Source: Psammoneis japonica
Lineage: Eukaryota
Direction of reading: 5' to 3'
DNA length: 64,000 bases
Assembly (NCBI GenBank): GCA_008632985.1
Contig: QPGO01000279.1
Location: 1-64,000 of the forward strand
Shown here: piece by piece, positions 12,706 to 23,448 of the stretch
Layout of the letters: every line of letters starts with the position of its first letter
Position numbering within the stretch: the stretch's first letter is position 1
Made by a program: the position numbers and the translations under genes
Notes under the pieces: model-generated
What the model was told of the DNA's origin: nothing
The model's database searches: none
The model's input: only the letters and a program-made list of their open reading frames with translations

Positions 12706-13405
12706 AGATGTTGTAATGGCAGCACACATGTGCGCTAGATTTTCGAATTGCCCAAAGGCATTGCACGAACGTGCTGTCAAACACATTGGATGTCACTTGT
12801 TGGCAACTTCAACAGACAGAATTAAGCTCTGGCCAAAAGGGAAATTCTCCCTGGATGCACATGTTGACAGCGACTTCGCGGGAATGTGGCACAGAAATTT
12901 TGCCCACCTCCACGATTCGCACCTCTCCCGATCGGGACACATCATCACATTTGCTGGCTGTCCCATCCATTGGAAGAGCAAATTACAAACCGAGATAGCT
13001 CTCTCCTCAACTGAGGCTGAACTTGTTGCACTATCACAGTGCTTACGCGAGCCATTGCCTGTGAGAACTGTGCCAGAAGAATTGTCCAAAACCATGGATT
13101 TTGAACTGGCAGATTCACACATTGAATCAGGTTCTCTGGAAACTCGTGTGTTGCCACACAAGCTTCCCCCGTCCACCGTACATGAAGACAATGCCGGCTG
13201 CATTGTCCTAGCCACATCTGATGAGCAACACAGAGCTAGAACCAAGCACATTAGCATCAAATGGATGCACTTTCGTGACCACATAAAACGTGGTTCTGTG
13301 AAGGTAGCAAAGGTTGATGCCAACTATAATTGGGCAGATTTGCTCACTAAACCTCTTGGACGAACCAAGTTCGAAGGTTTGAGGCGCATGATAATGGGTT
13401 GGTAA
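12706..13405 (+). pseudogene. Copia RT end and RNase H (third part of the split Copia)
   Basis: HVDSDFAG..SRSG..WKSKLQTEIALSSTEAE..HEDN..RTKHISIK..ADLLTKPL..MGW*. Confidence 0.93.
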
Positions 13406-13630
13406 CCCTATAAGCAGTTCAACACGGCTGCAGAATACGACGAAAACAGCATTTTTGACATGTGCAAATGGCACCATTGTTTAGCTTCTCCTCGAAGCAC
13501 GAGGGAGAGACAAACCCTAGACACACCCTAGACACTTTCTAGGGATGCTCTAGAGGCTTAGTAAAGACATTACTTCATCGGCTTAGCTTCTCTTACATTA
13601 CTTAACAGAGCCCTCGTCGACACGAGGGAG

Positions 13631-13835
13631 TGTCACGGTCAGCCGTACGACGTACAGACGGACAGACTGTACCTCGTAGAGAATGGCTCGTGCTGACTCA
13701 GTAGGATGATGTCGAAGATACCTCTGAAGTGACTGACGTGGATAGATCATAGACCGTAGAAGTAGCAAGCCTCTAAAGCTCACAACATCTTCACAAGACA
13801 ACATCCCGTCATCGAACAAGAGCTGCTGTCGACAG
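13631..13835 (+). repeat. Probable Copia 3' LTR, truncated on the right
   Basis: PPT-like GAGGGAG directly before TGTCACG. Right boundary is approximate. Confidence 0.6.
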
Positions 13836-13837
13836 TT

Positions 13838-15292
13838 GTGATGCTGCGAGAGCATCGTGACATCCTGTTGGGTCACAGGATCACGATTTGTGCAGATCAC
13901 AAGAATCTGACCTTTGCAAATTTCAAGTCAGACTGCGTGTGTTGTTGGCGGCTGATTGTTGAAGAGTTTGGTCCCATGATTCTTTACATGCTGGGAGCAA
14001 AAAATGTGCCCGCGGATTTCTTGTCCTGTGCCGCGACCACGACTGGCGACCCAGAGATGCCAGCTGCAGATCCAATGCTGGAAGAGTGTTTCGCCTTTGA
14101 ACATGACAACAACACTCACTGTCCCATCTTTTTTGACATGATCATTGAAGCACAGCAAGATGATGCTCTGTGCAGAAAAGCATTGCAACTCACTCGCACC
14201 AACCCGAGTTGGAAAGAATTGTCCGACTGCAGTTGCATGGTGCAGGATGGACACCTGCGCCTCGTCCTTTTTAAGGACAAGATTGTCATCCCTGCTGCTC
14301 TACAAGCACCTCCATTAAATTGGTGTCATGTCAATTTGTGCCATCCAAGCATCCAACGGATGATGGAAAAAACCCTCAGACAGTGCTGCCATTGGCAAGG
14401 TCTGACCCGAGATGTCAAGATCAAGACAGACCAATGCCAGACCTGCACAAGGTCCAAAGAGAACCACAGAGTGCATGGAAAAACACCTCTCAAGGACATG
14501 CAGGCCCTTGAGATCGACCCCTGGTTGCAGGTGGCAGTCGACACTGTCGGACCAATTACCTTTGCTGCTGGTGCCGGCATCAACCGACAAAGTTTGACGT
14601 TGACCGCCCTGATGATGGTGGATCTGGCTGCTCATTGTTTTGGCATGGAGCAGATCTCCACAGTTTCAGCTCTGGAAACAGCCAGAGCATTCAACCAAGC
14701 GTGGTTGTGTAAATTCCCGTGCCTGGTCTGTTGCACACACCACAACGGCACAGAATTTACAGGTGTTGAATTTCAAGAATTGCTGGTTTCCTGTGGAATT
14801 GAGTCTAAACCTGCGACAGTGCGGAACCCACAAGCGAATTCATTGCTTGAACAGACCCACAATGTTTTATGGAGCTGCACACGAGCTCAACAAGTCCATG
14901 ATCCCAACGCATTTAATCAACTGAATCCGTGGAATGCGATGACAGCCTCAGCAACTTGGGTGATAAACTCGACGGCACACACCATCATGCAAGCCTCTGC
15001 TGGCCAACTTGCTTTTGGACGCGACATGATCCTCCCCTTGCAATGCAACGTCCACTGGCCAACCATTTGTGCTTGCCGCCGACAACAAGCGCAAGCAGAT
15101 GATGCACGTGAGAACTCTCGGCGACTCGACCATGACTTCAAAGTGGGAGACCTTGTTTCGCTCCGAAACGACAACCCTCGTCGATCCAAACTCGCCTTAC
15201 GCCGACTTGGCCCACACGAGACACATGAAGTAAAATCCAATGGGACCGTCATCATCCAAAAAGGAAATTACCTTGAGACCATAAATGCATGA
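13838..15292 (+). pseudogene. Gypsy RNase H-integrase fragment
   Basis: CADHKNL, NVPADFLS, H..H..C..C zinc finger, PWLQVAVDTVGP, NGTEF, NPQANS, NGTVIIQK. 2 Tyr in 484 aa. Confidence 0.92.
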
Positions 15293-15339
15293 CATCTCGT
15301 TCCTTTCTCTCCCTGATGCGATTCATTGGAGGAGGCGCG

Positions 15340-15927
15340 TGTCACGTCATGCTCATGACCCGACACTTCATGATGTCACAAAGAACAATGAAGAACCATG
15401 GACAGAACCAATCCACATCTATGTGAACATGCATCAAGAGACACATGCATGCTGCATGAACCATTGTCCAACATCTTCCTCCTGAGTAAATCAAGAAGAC
15501 TCCCAAGCACACGCGGGACAGCTCACAAGCAAACGTGGAACAATTGACAGTAAAACGATCGGACATTTCTCAGCCGAACTTCAAGTTCCCTTTTAGCCAA
15601 TCCGATCCTCACAAGAAAATGGTCGAAACGATGAAGAGCGAATCGGATCTCTCGATTTTTCCTGTGATGCCTTCGGACATCACATGTGACCTCCTCAGAA
15701 GTCCCAAGACGTTCCCTTGCACGACACACACTTTTAAAGAAGAACCCAGGAACGTTCCTACATGACAAGAACAGAATTTCTTTGGAAAAGAAAGAATCAA
15801 AAGAACATTCCGCGGAATCGCCGCTCCAGAAATTCACTCCATAATTTTACACCTTTGTAGTCTCACTTTTCATGAATGACTCTTAAATTTACCACAATCA
15901 CCACAATGGGCCTTGTGCCACATGACA
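15340..15927 (+). repeat. 3' LTR of that Gypsy element
   Basis: Purine tract GGAGGAGG before TGTCACGT; ends ACATGACA (inverted termini). Confidence 0.7.
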
Positions 15928-16968
15928 AGTGGGTGGAATCGACAGGTGCAACGACTGGTGTCGAACGGAGCAAAAAACAAACCAGCGGTGCTAAATGTGG
16001 AAGTTGATCCACCACACTCGCATTCTTGCGTTCTCATGTGACAATGTGAGACCTTGACACTGCAACAGAAGCATCAATCAATCGAGTGCTCTTGCTTCTT
16101 CTTCAGAGTGCACAAGAGAGAAGAAATTGAAAGTGAGAAAATTGAAAAGCACATTTCGATATTTTGGGATTGTTTTGAATTGTAATGTTCACATTTAACT
16201 CACCTTGAACATTTGAAAGAGACAACATTCCAGCTGTCAGCAGCAATTCTACGTATTTTCTACTTACACCTCACACACATGCACACACCTGCACAGTCTA
16301 ACAGCCGTGCACACGTGCACAAGATAAAAAAAATTTCTATTTGACGGTCCGAACAGGGTCGCCCCGAAGCGCTTCTCAAAATGTCTTCAGATTGAACAAA
16401 GTAAAACATCTGCTGTTGGCAAAACAGAGTCACTGTGGGCAAAATAGATCACCGTCCTTGTTCTCGTGCAATGACAGCGGCACCACAACGCACAACAACA
16501 CCGAGCAACGCGAACGCCGTTCACTTGTCTGCCAGCTGGCATTTCCAGACAAGATCAAAGCTGTTGGACAACATTTGTGCACTGCATTCATGGGTCAAGT
16601 TGGGTTCCTTCTCATTGCTTGTTGTCGTGTCACTTTACAACGTCTTGACCCACGCCGTGTTTTTTGCTCTTTGTTGCTTCTGCTCGATCGCGCGCCACAC
16701 CACCGAACAGCTTTTCCTGCAGGGTATGGCTAGTTGCTCATCACATCGAACCCAAACGTGCGCGACCAACTAGCCCTACCCCGGCTAACTCATAATTGTG
16801 TAGAAGCAGTACTACGTTATACGGCCCAAAAAGAATAACACGGTGTTTCCCCGTGGACATTTATCGCTTACCGGAGGAAGTAAGTCTCTACTGTAGAGCT
16901 ACTCTACTAGAGTACGGTACGGTAGCTAGAGTAGTAGAGAGAGAGAGTTGAGGGCACTACCGTCGGTA

Positions 16969-17275
16969 CTACGAATTGCAAGACAATTGCGCGATTCACG
17001 TGCCCGAAGGGTGATTGTTGAAATTCGAGCTTCGCGCACGTAGAGCCTGTAGAAAATGTACCAGCCAGCCCGAAGCTCCGATTTGCGTAGATCACGTAGG
17101 AGAGTACCACAAGGTCATTTGATGAAATGACTGGGACGATTTAGACGACCAAAATGAAAATTTTGATACCACATCATACGTAGAAATGACATCTGCGCGA
17201 AGGGAGAATGTTGCTTCGGGCAACGATATTCCACCTTCGGGCACGTGAATCGCGCAATTGTCTTGCAATTTGTAG
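16969..17275. mobile_element. MITE with about 42-bp TIRs and TA TSD (Tc1/mariner-like)
   Basis: 16966-17010 versus reverse complement of 17234-17278: 44 of 45 match. Flanked by TA on both sides. Confidence 0.85.
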
Positions 17276-17526
17276 TACTGTACCGTACGGTAGAGGCCTA
17301 TGGCCTATGATATATGATATGATAAATGTCGACGGCGTTCGCATCGTTGCCACTCTGTTTTCGGTCCCTTTCCACCATGTCGGAATCGCATCTATTTCAC
17401 AACCGACGGAGAATATCGGAACCGCAGGTTTTGTCGATCATTGTTAGCTTTAACTACCTTCGTGACTTCGTACAGTAAAGGGGCCAAGACCACACGAGTG
17501 GTGCTTTAGAAGAAATTGCTCGACAC

Positions 17527-20397
17527 ATGGATTCGAACTTCTTTCGATGGCATTTTCAGAACAGGATGTTGGTGGCGCTTTTAGCGGTAATCCTCTTGTG
17601 GCTTACCAGTTGGCGAATGGTGTCGTTTGTTGTGTCATTTTCGATTAGTGCTCCGCCCTTTGAAGTCGCTGGCACCTGCCGCAACTCCGTAAAGATCTTG
17701 CTTGACGAGGAAGGAAGGAAATATTCGAACTGTGTCAGTGCTCAACTGCGTCAATGTCGATGGAACCTTCAACTTAGCGAAATGACTGGTCAGTTACGAG
17801 TGCACACCACCTCTGATGATAATAGAGCTATTTTGCGTGAGGCGAGAGAAGCTCAGACACAATGCGTATCTGCCGTGCGATCTATTGACGCTGCTCAGGT
17901 CTATGGTTCGAAGAGCGATTCGCCTACATCCCAGGGTGAAAGTGGTGTTTGCATGGACCATCAGCATGTCAGGAATTCAGTGCGCAGCGATGCTCAAGAC
18001 CTGCGCGTTGATGCACTTTCGGCGTTTTCAGACTACATCGCAATGAGCCAAAGAACAGTTCAGGAATTGTCGGAATTCTCAATTGCTCGTGTACGGTATG
18101 ATCATGAGTTTTTTGTGAAGAATGGGACGGGATCTATCAACCGTTATCTTGAAAGTTTAGAGATACCATCTTCAGACTTCCTACACCCTTTTCAGAAGCT
18201 GATTGCTGAGTCCGAGAACCTGGTTTCCTGTGTGTCTATTAGGAAGAACACTAATCACACGTGCCCATATTCTTCTGGAGCAAGGATCCTACTGCAGAGC
18301 TCCTTGGTTGAACCTCTTACCGAAGCTCTCGACTACCTTGCTACTAACATTGAAAGGTTTGGGGGGAGTATTGATTCCCTGGTTGACGAGCTGGACAAAC
18401 GCACCCGTATTCTTGAGGATATTTTGCGAGGTAAGAATTGCCCCAAATGATTGGAGTCACACGTCACACCACTTCTTCTTACGATACGGAGTATTTTCCA
18501 TTCAACCACGCAGGTGCGCACCTGATTGCTTACGAGGCGAACATTCCGCCCCAAGCTTTGCCGGATATTTTAACTCTTGATCTTTCTTTTCCGGCTTCGG
18601 ATTCGTATAAACCTACTCCGTTCGAGGTCAATCTCCAGTTTTCCGTAGCCTCTGTCGACGCCGTCTGGGAAAAGGTTTCCAATGCGCAGAGACGCTTTTC
18701 CGATGCTTTGTATCAAACGAGATCTCAGCTAATAGATAGCTTTGTGAATACAACGGACCGTGTTGTCGCAGACCTCAGGAGTGTTCTCAACCCACAGAAC
18801 TACAATCCTCCAGGATTCAGTGTCTCAACGGACTTTCGAGAGGGTGCAACCTCCGAGAGAGAGCGCCATGCTGTTAATAGTCAGGTGTAGAAAAAAGAGT
18901 CAAGCAGAATTTCTATTTTGCCCACTCTGTCTCACGTAATTGTTGCTCCGATCCCATCACAGAGAGTCGACGGGACTTTATCAATGATTAGGAATGAGAT
19001 CCTTTCTTCCACTCGGTTTGGCGGAAACTTCTTTGACACGGAAACGCAGTGGGACAACTTCGACCGGTCGTTACCAGGGCTGCCTAACCCGAACCATGTA
19101 ATGTCGCCTCGACCATCGCTGTTGACACCGCGGTGGCCTGTGTACAGTTTATCTACCGACACTCTTGCGAAGACGTTCCAGTTCATGATTGATAACTTCT
19201 TTCTATTTGAAGTGACATATCAAATTTGGTGGTCCGTTAAGTTCTTCTGCAAATATTGGCATGCGAGCGCCGTGGAGATCCCCACAGTCGACCGGAGAAG
19301 ATATGTTGGAGGGCAGAACCAGCCGCGAGCGTTCTGGTATATTCCCTACATTCGATGGGTGGTTGTTGTCGTGTTGTGCTCGATGGTCTCATCAATATAC
19401 TGGTCTTATCTCCGGGAAGAATACGTTGCTGGTTGCGTGCTTTCAAATGGTGGCACTTCCATTGCATCTGATTTCTTTGTTCAAATAGCGTACAACAGTG
19501 CTGTCAAGGAGGGGAATGATTTGTTGACTCGGAGTCTTGCGCAGCTGCAATCCGACAACAGTGACACTTGCTATGCCCTTTTCTCTGCTTCCTCTTTGTC
19601 CCTAAATGAAGATAAATTCGTTCTCGCGAACATCAAGAAATCGATTAATGATGCGGCGAGCAGGTTGGAACTTCTAGAGAATTGTCTTCACAGCAACAGA
19701 ACAATGGAAAAGCGACATTCTTGGAGCAAGGCCAGTTTCACGGAGTTCGACACCTTCGTGAGAGACAGGGGCTGGGAACGGCTTGGTAAGCACTTCTCGG
19801 ACTTGTACCAGAACGCTTATTCATCTGCTTGATCCTGACTCGTTTTCATCCGTTCTAGGGTCTGACCTTTGCCCGTCGGAAGTCAGAGACAGTCATTGGC
19901 AGCTCGTTGCCAACGTCTTTGATTGTGAGACTTTGCCTTTGTGCACGATCACATGTGGGAGTGGGACCAACGACAACAGAATAGGTTTGTTGGTGAAGGA
20001 GAGCGAGTGCATAATGGAATGGGCTGCAATACATTCTGTTTTTGTCAGGGTTTTTCTTGTCGCAATGATTTACACAGCACTTTGTGTATCCAGACATATG
20101 GTGATAAATGGGCTGAAGAAGGTTTTCTGGAATTATCTCCGTCCCAAGGAGGTTGAGTATCTTGTGACGAAGCAATTCAGAAGTGGAACACTTCAGTCTG
20201 GAAGGCATGACATCGAAATAGGTGAAATGGGCGCAGAATGCGAGATTCAACAGAGTGCCATGCGTCTCGAATGCTTCGGTTGGGAAAATCTTATGGTTGC
20301 AATGACGGTGACTGAAGCTTGGTTGTGCATTCTGCTGCTGGTCTCTGAAACTCAGCACTCCGACTTTCTCATGTGGCCATCACCATGGTTGAGCTAG
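17527..20397 (+). CDS. Host multi-pass membrane protein of unknown function, about 878 aa; exons 17527-18430, 18514-18884, 18963-19785, 19859-20397
   Basis: Four ORFs join in frame through short GT-AG introns of 83, 78 and 73 nt (total 2637 nt). Several hydrophobic segments. Normal Tyr, TpA and CpG content. Confidence 0.8.
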
Positions 20398-20461
20398 GGC
20401 AGCTAGGTTGATTAGAATTGTGTATGGCCACTTCCTCAAATTTGAAATTTTACATTGGCAT

Positions 20462-21560
20462 CTAATTAAGTTTCTTATCAGCAAGACTCAAAAAATGATT
20501 GTTGTCCACCCATTTAGAACAGCAGAATTCGAAGCCAAGACGGTACGCTGTGCTGGACATAAAACCGCTTGGACTGCCACGACTGTATCTCCAGTGCAAA
20601 TCGTACGTGGGGGAACAAACGGCACATCGATGGAAAGCTGAGAATCTGCTCTTTCCAGCGGTGCCTTTGCTGTGGTCTCTGGTAGATACAATTCTACGTA
20701 AGCGCCCGTAGGATTGTCCCGTGTGAGAGTGTGGTGGCATGCCAACCTCCTCGGGCACTTTGGGACGCTGGGCAGTTGCGCCAATGACAGAGAAACCAAA
20801 AGGCATCGGAGGGGATGCTCTGTTGTGTCTACGTTTGGGAGAGCGGCACTGCCATGGTGTCGTATCTCTTTGCATTTTCTTTCCCGATGTCAGCATGTTT
20901 TCTACGTTAAGTTCTACGCGATTCAGCAATTTCCAAGTCAGCCATTCCAGTGCAAATTTCAGGTGCAATTCTTCTTGTTTGGCTAGAATTTTGAGGTGAT
21001 GACCGTTTCAGGTTTGTCTTTTTGTTCTTTCACCAACGCACTTCCTTTGAGTTTTCTTCCCAACACACTGCAATCCATGATGGATGTTCTGTGGTGTTCC
21101 AAAGTGGGTCATCACAAGGCTTTCAAGCGGTTGGCATCTCCAAGTCTCGCTGTTGCTCCTCTTGCTCTTCGATTTTGCAGCTTCAGCACACAATTTCTGC
21201 ACAATTCTACGCATGACGGAAATTTCATCTGACATTTCCGATCATCATTTCCCTTTCTTTGTTGGGGTCCGTGTTGGACTTTCTTGGGCACTTTCATCCC
21301 AGGAATTTCTCTCACTTCTCTTCAAGCATGTCATCTTCGGAGACAGACACGTGTTTGGTTTTCTGCAGTGTTTGTTTTGGTTTCTCCCAAGTGGTGTGGT
21401 TGGGCTTGTCCATTCTTCGAGGCACAGCAACTGTGGTTGCCGTGTAACAAGCATCCGGTTGGTTGCCATTCTGACTTCAAACAAACAGCCTCTTTCTGAT
21501 GATGCATTGACGGCATTGCCTTCGGACGATGTGTTGATGGCATTGTCTTTCTGACAACGT
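20462..21560 (-). pseudogene. Possible degenerate ORF of unknown type, convergent with the host gene
   Basis: Successive same-frame ORFs (21245-21484, 21008-21235, 20462-20968) separated by TGA stops. No recognisable motif. Confidence 0.3.
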
Positions 21561-22599
21561 TTTAACAGTGTTTTGATTGTCCCTGCCGACCTTTGTGGGT
21601 GCTGGGGAATGTGGGTCTGCTGTGGTCGGTGTTGGTGTGGGCGGCAGCGAGGCAGCGGTAAAACAGAATTCCAGTTTTTTTTTGGTCTCTGGCAGATGTT
21701 TAGAGTGAACTAGAAACGCTCAAAGTTGAAGTGATGTGCATTTTACGCAGGCATTCACATGAAATGACGTGTGCACACACTCATGTGTGACATTTAGGAT
21801 GCACGTGATGGGGGGTCATTTCGTGCATTCAGAGACACCGTCAGTGGGAAATGGTGTGGCTCCCATGGGTGAAAGCGAACAAGACTGAAGTGCTCACTCG
21901 AAACAGAATGGGTCTATTTTGAGTTTTTGAAAACCAGCTGTGTCAAAAAATTGACTTTCTGATCGTTTTTCGCATTGGGTCCACCAACAGATCAAAAGAA
22001 AATGGTCGATTTTGGCATGCAAGGTGTGCTCAAAATTTTTAATTTGACCAATTTTGGGTTTAGAATGAGAGGTGGCAGGTGAAACAGTTTTACGTGCAGC
22101 CCAGCGCAGGCCCAGCACAAGGAGAGGATACCTTGTGGGCGGCTGAGCTCTTGGAGGAGTCACTGCGGTGTGCAGCAGAAGGCAGACAGACAGACAGATG
22201 ATGATGAGAGGCCGCGCCGCCCGCCCCAGTTTCCCTCATTGTGTTTGGTGGACTGCCGGTGATGATGGGGGATCAGTTGCGTTGACCCGATGTGGGCCAA
22301 CAATGCTGAAAACATCGTTTCCACCAATTGGCATGCCTTGCACAATCGCCCACAAGCTGCACATGGTGCCAGTTGATCCATGGATTGGCTTGACTGTCTT
22401 TAGAGCCTGTGAAACCATGACAAATCAGCCATCGTTCTTGGATCTGGAAATGTTCCGCAAGCCAAGCCGATTGTGCATGATGCCTGCACTGCTCTTGCTG
22501 CTCCTGAGTTGTCTTGTCAGAGTGCAAACAATGCAGTTCGGTGTTTTGTTTTGGCAGGCTGGGAATTTCCTGCCACCACAAATGCCCTCTTGGGGTGGT

Positions 22600-22945
22600 G
22601 CTGGATCTGGACAACATCCGCAAGCCAGTCAACCAGGATTGTAGTGCAATCCACCTTGTTTTGTCTGATCTGAACATCAGAGTGCGAGCATCCCATCAAT
22701 GTAGCCTGATGTTGTTTAAGTCTGCCACCCTGCAATTGTCAGGTCACTCTAAAAATTGGCCGATGCCCTCTTGGATCATGCTGGATCCGGATGATCTCCA
22801 CAAGCCAGTTGATCAGGATTGTCATCTCAATCCACCTTGTTTTGTCTGATCTCAATGTCAGAATGCGAGCATTCCATCAATGTGGCCTGACACTGTTTAG
22901 GTCCACTGCCCTGCAAATGTCAGGTTGCTCTAAAATGTCGGCCTT
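22600..22945. repeat. Diverged tandem repeat, 2 x about 180 bp
   Basis: CAATCCACCTTGTTTTGTCTGATCT at about 22647 and 22828. Confidence 0.8.
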
Positions 22946-23448
22946 TGTGTCATCCTTAATCATCTCTGTTGATGCTGCCCAATTAACGTGATTGGTGCTT
23001 GTTCTCTTTGCATGTCTACATCCTTGAATCCTTTTCATGTGACATCAGATGATGCCAATTGCCATGCTAAGACTGACAGAGATTTTCTGTTTTTTCTTTA
23101 TTCTGGCACTGTCATGCCGTTCTTTTTCACCACGGTGATGATCGTTTGATCATCAAAATTTTCCAAAACATTTGTTGACAAATCAACTCTGAATGTTCAC
23201 ATCGAGATCCGTTGGGATCTTTCTATCTTCTGTGCATTGTCCAAGCCCGCAAGGTTTTTATCTTGCTTTGTCTTGTGACATTCCCAAAGATCAACAAAAC
23301 AGCTTCCCCCGCCAAAAAATTCTCTAATTTTCTGATGTCCTCTCTCATGCATGCATTTGCACATCAAGTCAAGATTCAAGTCAAGTTTCAAGTTGTTTCA
23401 AGCTCACCTTCTGACTCTGGCCAGTCCCAACACCCACCTGGTTGCAAC

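Noticed and set aside
15928..16780. Possible gene in ORFs 16341+ and 16435+
   Set aside because: TpA-poor with no motif; probably a decayed repeat that I cannot classify.
22600..23200. 5' LTR or PBS of the 23449 Copia
   Set aside because: No convincing match to the 3' LTR (29032-29276) and no clear tRNA-complementary PBS.
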